Source: Squalus acanthias
Lineage: Eukaryota
DNA length: 64,000 nt
Direction of reading: 5' to 3'
Assembly: GCA_030390025.1 (NCBI GenBank)
Contig: CM059432.1
Location: 24,802,001 to 24,866,000 of the forward strand
Shown piece after piece: positions 1 through 11,788 of this stretch (the stretch's first letter is position 1; every line of letters begins with the position of its first letter). Below the pieces are notes generated by a model. The model saw only the letters and a list, made by a program, of their open reading frames with translations, ran no database searches and was not told where the DNA came from. A program made the translations under genes and the position numbers.

Positions 1-119
1 CCATCACAGCATCATCTTGGCCACAATGTTGAAATAAAAGCCACCACAAAGCAAACTTTCCAATCAAACTTTATCCATATATGCATCCAATACTACATCA
101 AAAATTTAACTAATCACCC

Positions 120-657
120 TTGTACATTCCCTTAGTGACTATCATGCCTTTTCCTATCCTAGTGCTCCTATGCAGTGCTACCCCATTGGCTGCAGCATGG
201 CTGGTGGAAGGCTGCTGATTTTCAGTGGGGAGAATGCAGATAGCCTTGCAGGATGAACTCGAGGAGCTCTGGGTCTAGTAGGCTCGACTTCGGACAGCAC
301 CACCTCTGCATCGGTGGCAGCCGTCTGGGCTGGCTGGCTGACGGGCAACAGCAAGGGCACTGGTGGAGTGACAGTGGTGGGAAGATGAATGCTGTCATCC
401 TGAGAGGACAGCAGGGTCAGCCTCCACAGATCCATTGCCACTCCCCAAGGGCAGTGCCTCAGCAATCCTAGTAATCTGCTGGAGTACAGACTGCTGGACT
501 GCTGTGACACCTTGCAAGCCCCTTTCCACACTGCTAAACCCAGCCATGATGGCACCAGTCTGTGCTTGCATGACTTCAGTCTGAGCTTCCATTGCAGCAC
601 TCAGACATTGGATGGCTTGTGCTTGTGCTGCAATGGAAACTGAGACTTCAGCCATCA
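120..657 (-). pseudogene. Frameshifted remnant of a Harbinger Myb gene, last exon
   Basis: QQSVLQQI...AEALPLG...AVLS and DDSI...TVT...QTAA...AEVV align by eye with exon 3 of the intact Myb gene, split over two frames. Confidence 0.75.
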
Positions 658-863
658 GATGCTACCTAATTTTTAGGCCATTATTTTCTCCAGTGGAGGA
701 ATCCAGAACAAGAGGGCATAACCTTAAAATTAAAGTTAGGCCATTTGGGGTGATGTCAAGAAGTATTTCTTCACACAATGGGTAGTCAAAATCTGCAATT
801 CCCTCCCCCAAAAATATGTTGAGGTTAGGTCAATAGAAATTTCAAAACTGAGGTTGATAGATT

Positions 864-2749
864 GACAGTTCTGATGAAAGGTCATCGACCTGAAATGTTG
901 GCCGTGATTTTACTAACCTCGGCGGGTCCATGGCGGGCGACGTCAGTGACGGGTCCCGACCCCGCTGCTGTCTTCATCACGGCCTCTGAAATGAATTTCC
1001 CCTGATTGGACTTGTAAAGCCAGCACAGCGCATTTGCCGGCCAATTAGAGGAAGCGGGTCTGGTGACGTCATTTGATGACGCGCCATCAGCCAGTTTCCT
1101 TAAAGGGACCATGCCCAAATTTAGTTTGACATTTGTGCTGTCAGTGTTCTACAGCATTGAGGTGCTGCAAACACTGACAAGCACTGCACAAAGGTGCAGG
1201 GCTGCACCCAGGCTCTCCCATGACTCCCTCCATATGCTTATGCTTATGGAGGGAGTCACAGCATGCAGGGAGGTCCTCTTCTCTTTCCATGGGTGGAAGA
1301 GACCTCCCCAGGAGATCTACACAGCCTGGTTGCACATTACAGAGGAGGGCACAAGCAAGGATGTGGTCAGGAGGACCTGGGTGCAGTGCCACAAACGTTT
1401 CAATGATCTCTGTAGATCACGAAACATCAGTACAAAGCCACACTCACCTTCATCCTGCTGTGCCTCTCATCACATCCCCATCACTCTGCCTTCCCTACCC
1501 TACTCCAGCACATCCTTACTCACATCAACTTACCTCCACCCATCCCTTTCTATCTACATTATCACATCCCCATCTCACTAGCCACCCCTCAAACTCACCC
1601 TCATCCTAGTTCAATCATACCAACTAACAACACACATGGGTAGGCACTTGGGTGTTTTATGCAATGTTCATGTAAAGTTTCTGTTAATGTGGTGTCAAAC
1701 ATTAAAACCTTTATTTTCAACACTTTGCGTTCTTGGACAGATTTGTGTGTACCTTTGGAAGTGGCTTAGTGAGTTGCAGTGAATGGTGAGACATAACAGT
1801 ACCCCCTGCAATGGTGATGAGTGTGAAAGGAATGGCTTGAGCATTGTAGGGATGCTTTATGGTGTTGGTTGGGTTGGTGCCAACCTGGCGCATCATGTGG
1901 CAGCCAGGGTGTGCAGCTTCAAGTAAAGTAAATCTGGCCTCCCGGGCAGCAATGTGGTCGGGTGCTGATGCCCTCTGTCCTGTGCAGCATCAGGTGATTG
2001 CAGAGAAAGTTGGTAGCATTGTTGTTGGTGCTGCTGGTGTGCCTGGTGCTGCTGGTGTTGGGGCTGATCGTGGTGGAATTCTGAGGACCAAGGTGAAAGA
2101 GTATAAATTGCACCCATGCTGATGGAATAGATGGCAGGTGAAGTAGAGATGATAGAAGCGATCTTTCAATGGTGGGAGAGGTAATGAGGTCATACTGGAT
2201 GGAGACTTGTGCAAAGACTTACAGCATGGTGAATCTGTTGTGGAAATGCAGTGAGGAAGAGTTTGTGCCTGCGGGAAGATATCTCTGTGAGGTGGGAACT
2301 TTTTACTTTACATTTGAAGCTGTCAATTCAATAGCTGATTCAATGGCCACTGAACTCTCGCCTCAGCTTGACAGACGTGGTCCACGACCAGCATGGACCC
2401 CGTGGGCGAGCTGTCAAATGCAGAAGGTAAGCTGAAATTCATTCTTAAGTGGCTCTAAACAATTGGGTCCCCTGCTGTGAACCCGCTGCTACGTGTCGGG
2501 TCTGCTCAGCGCTGACAGACCCGACATCAGGGAAAGGCTCGTGGCGGCGGGTTGACAGTGGGGTCCCGACCCACTTGGGAAAAAAAAACATTTTCCCATC
2601 CGACCCGCCACCGATTGCGCCCACTGACCCCTTGGAATATCCAGCCCATTATCTCTGTTTCTCGCTCCACAGATGCTGCCTGAACTGTTGAGTATTTCCA
2701 GCATTTTCTGTTTTTATTTCAGATTTCCAGCATCCGCAGTATTTTGCTA
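864..2749 (+). mobile_element. Short Penelope-like terminal fragment (864-899 plus 2651-2749) split by the Harbinger derivative
   Basis: Matches the PLE tails at 15480-15572 and 26353-26484; flanked by 10-bp TSD TTGATAGATT (854-863 and 2750-2759). Confidence 0.8.
900..2647 (+). mobile_element. Non-autonomous Harbinger derivative, ~1.75-kb family, copy 1
   Basis: Degenerate Myb exon (VRRTWVQCHKRFNDL, ~1200-1415) on + and a transposase-like MGA start on -. Ends GGCCGTGATTTT and AATATCCAGCCC. Collinear with 13168-14945. Confidence 0.8.
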
Positions 2750-2894
2750 TTGATAGATTTTTGTTAGTTAAGGATATTAAGGGATATGGAACCACGGTGG
2801 GTAAATGGAGTTAAGGTACAGATCAGCCTTGATCTAATTGAATGGAACAGGTGCGAGGGGCTGAATGTTCCGATGTTCCTAATTTGTCTTGTGC

Positions 2895-3617
2895 TGTTAC
2901 TATGAAGTTAGATTTGGTTCACAAAGGGTGAACTCCCAGAGAAACACATGCTATCGGAGATATTGTTCAGGACAAATTAGTTGGAATACCAGCTGTCTCA
3001 GAATCATGTATTTTCACATAGCAGATCAGTTTGAGACAGTGGGGGTTGTCCAACAGCTCCAAGAGATATTCACGCCTTTAAAGTTGGAATGGGTTTCATT
3101 CCAACGCACCCCGCAGGAAGCTCAGCTAAACAGATAATGTAGTTGCCATAGCTCCCACATCAAGGGGGAAGTTGCTTATGCAAGATAGAAACTTTGATTG
3201 GCAATTCGGTGAGCCAATATTTGGAAGAAAAAGCTAAGGGATGGCTCCGAGATCAGCCTTTGTCGTTCTCTCTGAAAGAGTCAGTCCAAAGTAAGTTTGT
3301 TTCTGGAACAGTCAAAGAGTGAGAGAGCTCTCACTTTCTTGTTAGGCAGATGGAAGGCGTGAGGGATGCCAGGCGGAGCTATGAAACATACAGCATAAGA
3401 GAAAAGGTTAGTGCTAATCAGTTCAGGGACCCCTAAAAGTGAGTTAAGCCCATTATTAGGGCATATTTTGTCATTTTTCATGGTACAAGACGCAAAAGGA
3501 AATCAATGCATTGCACCAGAAGACTGCTTTTATGTTCATTCATATATTTCATGTAAAATAAACCAGTTTATTGGTTAATGAGTGCCTTCAGTCTGTCTTC
3601 CAAAAGACAGGATAACA
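2895..3617 (+). mobile_element. Possible LTR followed by a degenerate gag-like stretch (~3760-4000)
   Basis: TGTTA...TAACA termini, internal AATAAA, TGG immediately 3'. Downstream DPIAVREIIHSKMKQSEAESWEISELLEKVKEQA weakly resembles Gypsy gag. Confidence 0.35.
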
Positions 3618-4090
3618 TGGATAGTGGCACGTGCGAGATCACAGAATCCAATCGATCAACAAGGGGTCTTATTGTTACGGTTGCTAGGCCATGCTATCCG
3701 TTAATTAGATTTTAAAAAATAAAGTTCCTCCAGGGAGTTTCAGGTAACACTGAACCCAAGAAAATATCTAGTACAGACCCAATAGCTGTAAGAGAAATCA
3801 TTCATAGCAAGATGAAACAGAGTGAGGCAGAGTCCTGGGAAATCTCTGAATTATTGGAAAAAGTTAAAGAACAAGCAATAAAATATAGCATGCATACAGC
3901 TGTTTGAAAGGAAACAATCATGAGCGTAACTTTGATTGAAGGCCATATGATGGTAACCTACGTGGAAGTACTGTACAAAGGGCCCAAAGCAATGAGAGGT
4001 GATCATTACATAGTATTTACAGCACAGAAACAGGCCATTTGTCCCAACAGTTTTGTGCTCGACACAAACCTCCTCTCACCCTTCTTGCCT

Positions 4091-6213
4091 TAGAGTGGGT
4101 GCACTGAAAATTCACTAGATTGATTCCTGGGATGACAGGGCTGTCCTATGAGGAGAGATTGAGTAGAATAGGACTCTATTCTCTGGCGTTTAGAAGAATG
4201 AGAGGTGCTCTCATTGAAACGTATAAAATTCTTAGAGGGCTTGACAGGGTAGATGCTGAGAGGCTGTTTCCCCTGGCTGGAGAGTCTAGAACGAGGGGTC
4301 ATAGTCTCAGGATAAGGGGTCGACCATTTAGAACTGAAATGAGAAATTTCTTCATTCAGAGGGTTGTGAAACTTTGGAATTCTCTACCCCAGAGGGTTGT
4401 GGATGCTGAGTCAATGAGTTTATTCAAGACTGAGATTGATAGATTTTTGGGCATGTAGAATTCGCAAAATTATCGCGATTTTATAAAAAATAAGAAGGAG
4501 ACATAAAGTTTCGTATAAACAGCTTTATTTCAGCAGAATGCTGTCAGGTTTCAAAACGGACACAAACAGCCTGTAAAATGGCCGCCACGCCTCGTGGCAG
4601 AAAGTTCTAGACTTTCAGTAGGCAGACAAGATGGCGTTTCAATAAACATTTCAGCAAGATCGGACAGGACTCAGCACATTTGAGATAATGACAAGACATG
4701 ATGGGTTTGCATTTTAAACATAAATACTGGAATCGGTCTTCCAGGTGCAAACAAGGGCTATTGTACTGAGCGATCAAGGACCCATCCAAAGACATTAATA
4801 TGCAAAATCCCCACGGCTCTACGATGAGAGAGCCGTTCGCGGGTACTCACAGCAAGCATTTGGAAGCCCCAAAACCCCTCCAGGGAGACTACTAGCCGGT
4901 TCCACAATGGGAGAAATATTAACGGGTACTCAGACAGTTACAAGTGTCACCGAAACCCATTAAAGACTGAGATCACCCCATACAAGAAGTTTTGAGCGCC
5001 AAAACCTGACAAAAGATAGACATTAAGATTGGGCGGGAAAATAGGAATTACAGCACTATAACTGTAAAGTACAACCGTCCATCTTTCTCTTGCTGCTTTG
5101 ACTCGCTGGAAGGCTGCTGAACTCTTATTCTCTTGCCTGACGACTCTGGACTCTGATCCGCTAGGATCAACCACGTGGCTTGCCGCGAAGATCTGTGGAG
5201 AACTGGGCTGTGAGGCCTGGAGGCGGGCGCACCATCCCGAGGAGTCGATAAACGGTGTTGGAACCGAAGGCCCGAGAGGAGATGAGATGAGATGAGATGA
5301 GATGAGATGAGAAGAAGACTACACGTGTCGCCGCGGTCAGTAAGCCCCGACCGCGCCTAAAAATATAAGGACCATTTTCGAATTCTATCGGCTACTCCAC
5401 AACTGGCCCGAGAAAACTATTCTTCGAGTTCTACCGACAACTGGTGTAGGACACAGGAAGACTCTTTTTTTGAGTAGTATCAGAACTCCGAGGGCAACAC
5501 AGATCTTCATGACAGCAGACGGTCCAGCCTGCTAGCTGGAGCAGAAGCGAGTGAACAAGTGGGGTACAGAGACCCCTGATCAACACGTAGATAGTCAGGT
5601 GCTGCGGTAAAAACATCCGAGCAGAGTTTCGGAATTCTCCGAGTTATCACGAGTGGTGAGCATGAGTCTCGATCCTACAAATCTAGATTAGGACTGGTAT
5701 TGATAGGGGAGGGTTTAAGTTTTAAGGATAATTATAATGTGTGTCCCCTTTTACGATGTGTCATGCGCTCCTCGTTTCCCTAAAATTAGTTTCATAACTG
5801 TGTGTAAGATTGTACTGTCATTAATCTGTGCTTATGACATGTATCTCATAATCTTGAATAATATGCAATAAAGATTTTCCATTTTGCACTTTTCAACCGG
5901 GTCTACCTGAGTTTTCTCTGCATTATTGCTCTCGCACCTAAGTCCAGTGTCAGAACCGTAAGGGCGAGTGGGTCGAACCACTCACAGGTGTCTAGTGTTA
6001 CCAGGCTGGCTGGAGACCAGAACAGGCAACAAGGCCTAACCCCGCACTAGCACCCAGGCTAAGCACAGAGCCACACGTCACCCCTTACAGGCACTAAGGG
6101 AATCAAGGGATCTAGGGCGGAAAAGTGGAGTTGATGTAGAAATTCAGCCATGATCTTATTGAATGGCGGAGCAGGCGCGAGGGGCCTACTCCTGCTCCTA
6201 TGTCTTATGTTCT
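4091..6213 (+). mobile_element. CR1 LINE 3' fragment (4091-4453 plus 6090-6213) split by a solo LTR
   Basis: ORF 4120..4458 GLSYEERLSRIGLYSL...RRMRGALIETYKI...RVVKLWNSLP; the 3' UTR resumes after 6090. Confidence 0.9.
4454..6089 (+). mobile_element. Solo LTR, 1,636 bp
   Basis: TGTA...TACA termini; perfect 4-bp TSD GGCA; TATAA at 5364; AATAAA at 5867; internal (GAGAT)n at ~5281-5310. Confidence 0.88.
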
Positions 6214-7006
6214 TCATCTAACCCCATCAACATATCCTTCTATTCCTTTCTCCCTCATGTGTTTATCTAACTTCCCCTTAAATGCGTCTATGCTAGTCAT
6301 CTCAACTACTCCTTGTTGAAAATTATAAAAAGGGAGGGAGAGGGATTAGAGAAGATAACTGCAGTTGAAGAGCCAGCAGTGGCACCACTCACCACTTCAC
6401 ATTCTAACCACTCTCTGGGTAAAGAAGTTTCTGCTGAATTCCCTATTGGATTTATTAGTGACTATCTTATATTTGTGGCTCCTAATTCTGGTCTCCCCGC
6501 AAGTGAGGGACAAATTGAGAGTTAACAGCAACTCCAATAACTTCAGAGGCTACTGATTTTAAGTGGTTAGACTGTTAAGAAGGATAACTTCAACAATTAG
6601 ATTTGTTTAAAGCGTCTGGGTTGCATAGTTGGTAGAATTCTAATGTCGTGCGACAGCGAAGCACTTTACTTTCCATTACAAAACTGGTTGTTTCCACATT
6701 TTGTATCATTTCTATATCATTTTATTACCTTTCTCTCTCTCGGTCAATTCGGCACTGGAGTCAATTAAGTGAGGTTAAAAACAAGTTTTATTCCGACAGG
6801 GTTTCATCAAGGCTAGGGCAACAGTACAGAAAGTGAATAAGCAGACTGATTCGAAAATAGCCAATTTCTCCACAAACCAAAAGGCACAGGTATTATGGGC
6901 TGCAATATCCTCTAGGACCTCACCCAAAATCAGAAATAATAATGCTGGAAAATGGGGCAAATTCATTTGGCAAGGCCTATTGCCGCCTCCCTGCCTTAAA
7001 GACTAA

Positions 7007-7899
7007 GGGGTAAAAATTCACTTGGTTGCGCCGCCCGTTAGCGCCTTAAGAGGGCGCTAATGGGGCGCAAAGCCGCTAACGCCCGGGCGCAGCGATGTTT
7101 GCGCCGCTCGAGAACTTAACTTGAGATTGTGCGGCGGCGCTAAAACTTACCGCTGCGACCACCTGCGCGCGCAGATTGTGACGTCATTCCATGGTGCAAC
7201 GCCCTTGGGGCGCCCCGTAGCGGAAATTGAGTGGCGCCCCCTGCCTTACCGCCTGGTGCTTCCAACGACCAGAAGACTGGAACGCTATCAATCGCTGTGG
7301 GGCTGGGGGGGGTGCTATTTAAAGGGGGCCTCTTCCTGTCTTTTATTGTTGGTGGCATTTTTGAACTACGCATTCTGAGAGAGAGAGGGAGAGACTTCTG
7401 GAGAGATTCAATGTTGTGTGAAGGAGTTTTGGGTACTGAGCAGCACTTTGCAGGTTCATTTTGATTTGCCATTCCTTGTATCGATTTAGCAGAGACCGTG
7501 GGAGCTGCACTCTGAGCTCTTTGCCTGGTACTCTCAATTGTTCTTTCTAGCACATTTGATGTGCAAGTCTCTCCAGGCCGAGATTCAAGGCAGCAATGAG
7601 CAGGATGTGGATGGAAAGCAAGATTAACCATCCCCTTTAAGAACTGGCCCGTGCCATTGTGTGTGTGTTCCATTGCTGACTGACATTACATGAGCTTCGC
7701 CAGCGCTCCGAGTTAGCGCCTCACTGCTCGGCCTTTGCGCCTTAAGAGAGGTGTGCAGCGCCTGCTTTAGCGCTCCACTCACCTCCCGGGGCGGTAAAAG
7801 TGAAGTTTCCCGTCAGTGCCGATAATTAGCGCCAGGCGCTAATATTTGCGTCCGGACGATATTTGCGCCCCAAATGGGGCGCGACCTAATTTCTACCCC
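7007..7899 (+). mobile_element. Harbinger MITE, subtype A (893 bp)
   Basis: TIR GGGGTAAAAATT / AATTTCTACCCC; TSD TAA; both ends closely match the 18433-22703 element. Confidence 0.93.
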
Positions 7900-8765
7900 T
7901 AATTTCCTCTCTTTCCCCCCCACTGGAACTTCCAGCAGCTGCTCCTTCCTTACCTGCCTCATGTAAATAGCCAGTGTGGGTGGGGGGCATTCCTTTGCTT
8001 CCTGGCTATTTCCTCCCATCCGCCCCTCGAACTGCCACTCCCAGGACCAGAAGGTGAAAGGTGATGGTTGGTGCAGAGTAGCTGTGGCCAGGCCCCGAAT
8101 TATGTCAGTGGAGGGACAGGGTCTAGGAGAGGCTTCCTGTCTCTTGAAGTGGGGCCTAGCCGTTACCCTTTTAGGCCTTGGTCTCATCCAAAATCTGCAG
8201 CCCATTTTTATCATCGGGGCTTTTCTGCCCCTTAAATGCTGCAGTCGAGATCTTCTGGTGTAGCAGCAGAAACCTCTGTCACAACACCGCTCAATTCCAT
8301 CTGTTGCGGCAGGGGGCTCCCTCTTGGTGATGGGAATCCCACTAAGAGCCCACCCTGCACATCCAATTAAGCCCGACCCAGGAAAATGGGTTCGGGTTAC
8401 GGCAGGGTGGAAGTCCCGCCTGCTGTTAGCCCATCGGAAAGTGGGAAATCCAGTCCTGCATGTGAAAATTTACATTTACCTGACGCCTGTTCCATGAACT
8501 AAACTACATGACCTGCTGCGTCTTTACCCATGTTTTTCTTTTGATTCTAGATACTGCTTCAAATCATTTTTCTGCTTTACAATTCCTTCTATGCTTCCAA
8601 AAGTGGAAAAATTACCATTTATTGCTCTTGGACAAAAGCTAGTGAGCACCAAGCAAGTGTCATATTTTTAATAAATGCCCGAGCACAATGCAGAACTTTC
8701 AGGAGAGGACAAAAAAAGGGGGAAAATGGAAAGGATTTTATTTTTTATAAAGAAAATAACTTCTA

Positions 8766-9658
8766 GGGGGAAAAATTCAGTATCGCCCCATTTGGGGTGC
8801 AATTATCGGCCGGGCGCAAAGATTAGCGCCTGGCGCTAATTATCGCCATCGACTGCAAACTTCACTTTTATCGCCCCCGGAGGTGATTGCAGCGCTAAAT
8901 CAGGCGCTTCACACCTGTCTTAAGGCGCAAAGGCCGAGGAACGAGGCGCTACCTCAGAGCGCTGGCGAAGCTCATGTAATGTCAGTCAGCAATGGAACAC
9001 ACACACAATGGCATGGGCCAGTTCTTAAAGGGGATGGTTAATCTTGCTTTCCATCCACATCCTGCTCATTGCAGCCTTGAATCTCGGCCTGGAGAGACCT
9101 GCACATCAAATCTGCTGGAAAGAACAATGGAGAGTACCAGGCCAAGAGCTCAGAGTGCAGCCCCCACACTCTCTTCTAAATCGATACAAGGAATGGCAAA
9201 TCAAAATGAACCTGCAAAGTGCTGCTCAGTACCCAAAACTCCTTCACACAACGTTGAATCTCTCCAGAAGTCTCTACCTCTCTCTCTCAGAATGCGTAGT
9301 TCAAAAATGGCACCAACAATAAAAGGCAGGAAGCGGTCACCTTTAAATAGCGCTCCCCCTTTCCCTTCATGACTGCAGAACGCTCCCCTCAACCTGTCGT
9401 TGCTTGCGTCAGGCGGTAAGGCAGGGGGCGCCACTCAATATCCGCTCCGGGGCGATACCGGGGCGTTGCGCACTCGAGTGACGTCATGATCTGCCGGCGC
9501 AGGAGATCGTGGCGGTAGTGTTTAGCGCTGCCGCAAAATGTCTAGTTAATTTCACGAGCGGCGCAAACTTCGCCGCGCCCGGGCGCTAGCTGCTATGCGT
9601 CCCATTAGCGCCCTCTTAAGGCGCTAACGGGAGGCGCAACCAACTGAATTTTTCCCCC
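8766..9658 (-). mobile_element. Harbinger MITE (893 bp), A/B intermediate
   Basis: TIR GGGGGAAAAATT at both ends; flanks CTA/ATA (imperfect TSD); homologous to 7007-7899 in reverse. Confidence 0.92.
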
Positions 9659-10334
9659 ATAGTTTATTAAAGCCCAGATACATTTTGTGGTGAGCTGTGC
9701 TGCTCACTCTGCCATTTGTGAGGAGTTCCTGATATAGAATTATAGAATGATACAGCACAGAAGGAGACCATTTTGCCCATTGCACCTGTGCTGGCTCTCT
9801 GAAAGAGCTATCCAGTTAGTCCCACTCCCCTTCCCTTCCCCATGACCCCTGTAAATGTTTCCCTTTCAAGTATTTATCCAATTTCCATTTGAAAGTTACT
9901 ATTCAGTATTCAGTCGTTACTTTCAGGCAGTGCATCTAGATCATAACAACTCACTGAGGACTCAAACTCACAGTTATCAGTTGTTTAAGGATGAACTAGT
10001 GGGCATCCTCCTCAGGGTGGAAGAGGTAAGAGAGGTCAAGGTGGTTCCAAGAGGACATGCCAGGCATTGAAAGATTGGAACCAAGTTAACCCTCTACGGC
10101 AGACTCGGCAGTCTGATATCGGGCAGGGAAGTGGCTTTGAGCCCAAGATCAGCCATGATCTTATTGAATGGTGGAGCAGGCTCGAGGGGCCAAGTGGCCT
10201 ATTCCTGCTCCTATTTCTTATGTTCTTATGTTCTTATATCTGATACAGGTAAGTCCTTCATACTATAGGGCACTGCTGATGACTGACCAGCTATTCTGGC
10301 TCATTAATAGGACCTTGAGGGATAGATCTGTCAC

Positions 10335-10757
10335 CAAGAGCTGGGCTTGGAGAGGGTGCAGAGGAGATTTACCAGATTAATACCAGGGTTGAGGAACTTC
10401 AGTTATGTGGCGAGACTAGAGAATCTGTGATTGTTCTCCTTAGATTACAGATTGTTAAGGGGAGATTCAGTAGAGGGGTGGGTATGTCAGTAACAAGAGA
10501 TACAGATTTACAGATTGGAAAAAGAACAGAAGAGCGATGAGAAAAAAAAAATTACGCAGCGAGTTGTTATGTTCTAGAAAGCACTGCCGTGATGGAAGCA
10601 GATTCAATAGTAACTTTCAAAAGGGAATTGGATAAATACCTGAAAAGGAAAAATTTACAGGGTGATAGGGAAAGAGTGGGAAGAATTGGATCAAAGAGCT
10701 GGCACAGCACGTTGGGCCAAATTACATCCTTCTGTGCTTTATGATTCTATGATTCTT
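10335..10757 (+). mobile_element. Degenerate CR1 3' fragment
   Basis: LERVQRRFTRLIPGL-like start; (GATTCTAT)n tail. Confidence 0.7.
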
Positions 10758-10779
10758 CCAATTCCCTCCATATAGGGTA

Positions 10780-11788
10780 TAGTGGTGTTCCCCAGGGAAC
10801 ACTAGTGGTGTTCCCCAGGGAAGTACGAGGACCACTGCTTTTCTTGATATATATTAATGACTTGGACTTGGTCACAATTTCAAAATTTGCAGATGACACA
10901 AAACTTGGAGGTATAGTGAACTGTGAGGAGGATAGTGATAGACTTCAAGAGGACATAGACAGGCTGATGGAATAGGCGGACACATGGCAGATGAAATTTA
11001 ACGCAGAAAAGTGCGAAGTAATACATTTTGGTAGGAAGAACGAGAAGATGCAATATAAACTAAAGGGTACAATCCTAAAGGGGGTGCATGAACAGAGAGA
11101 GCTGGGGGTATATGGCAGGGCAGGTTGGGAAAGTGGTTAAAAAAGCATACGGGATCCCGGGCTTCATAAATAGAGGCACAGAGTACTAAAGCAAGGAAGT
11201 TATGATGAACCTTTATAAAACACTGGCTCGGCCTCAACTGGAGTATTGTGTCCAATTCTGGACACCACACTTTAGGAAGGATGTGAAGGCCTTAGAGAGG
11301 GTGCAGAAAAGATTTACAAGAATGGTTCCTGAGATGAGGGACTTCAGTTACATGAATAGACTGTAGAAACTGTGGGTGTTCTCCTTAGAGCAGAGAAGGT
11401 TGAGAGGAGATTTAATAGAGGTGTTCAAAATCATGAGGGGTCTAGACAGAGTAGATAGAGAGAAACTGTTCCCATTGGCAGAAGGGTTGAGAACCAGAGG
11501 ACACAGATTTAAGGTGATTGGCAAAAGAACCAAAGGCGACATGAGGAAAAACATATATATGCAGCGAATGGTTATGATTTGGAATGCACTGCCTGAAAGG
11601 GTGGTGGAGGCAGGTTCAATCACAGATTTCAAAATGGAATTGGATAAGTATCTGAATGAAAAAAAATTTCAGGGCAACAGGGAAAGGGCGGTGGAGTGGG
11701 ACGAGCTGAAGTGCTCTTGCAGAGAGCCAGCACGGGCTCAACGGGCCGAATAGCCTCCTTCTGTGCTGTAACCATTCAATGATTCTAT
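10780..11788 (+). mobile_element. 5'-truncated CR1 LINE (RT C-terminus plus tail)
   Basis: [29 protein letters not shown], RRLRGDLIEVFKIM; GATTCTAT tail. Confidence 0.9.

Larger units (their letters stand above)
685..2881 (+). mobile_element. CR1 LINE 3' fragment (685-863 plus 2760-2881), host of nested insertions
   Basis: Degenerate ESRTRGHNLKI...FKTEVDRFL...KDIKGYG and CR1 3' UTR (GATCAGCC...GAATGG). Confidence 0.8.

Noticed and set aside
7140..7673. Recurrent 177-aa 'MEHTHNG...' ORF (also 56640-57173 and 8992-9372) as a gene family
   Set aside because: It is MITE sequence spanning UTR and the deletion junction, is broken in other copies and has no recognisable domain.
7007..9658. Inverted MITE pair as one composite transposon
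   Set aside because: The 7007 copy has its own TAA TSD, and the outer flanks (TAA, ATA) do not match.
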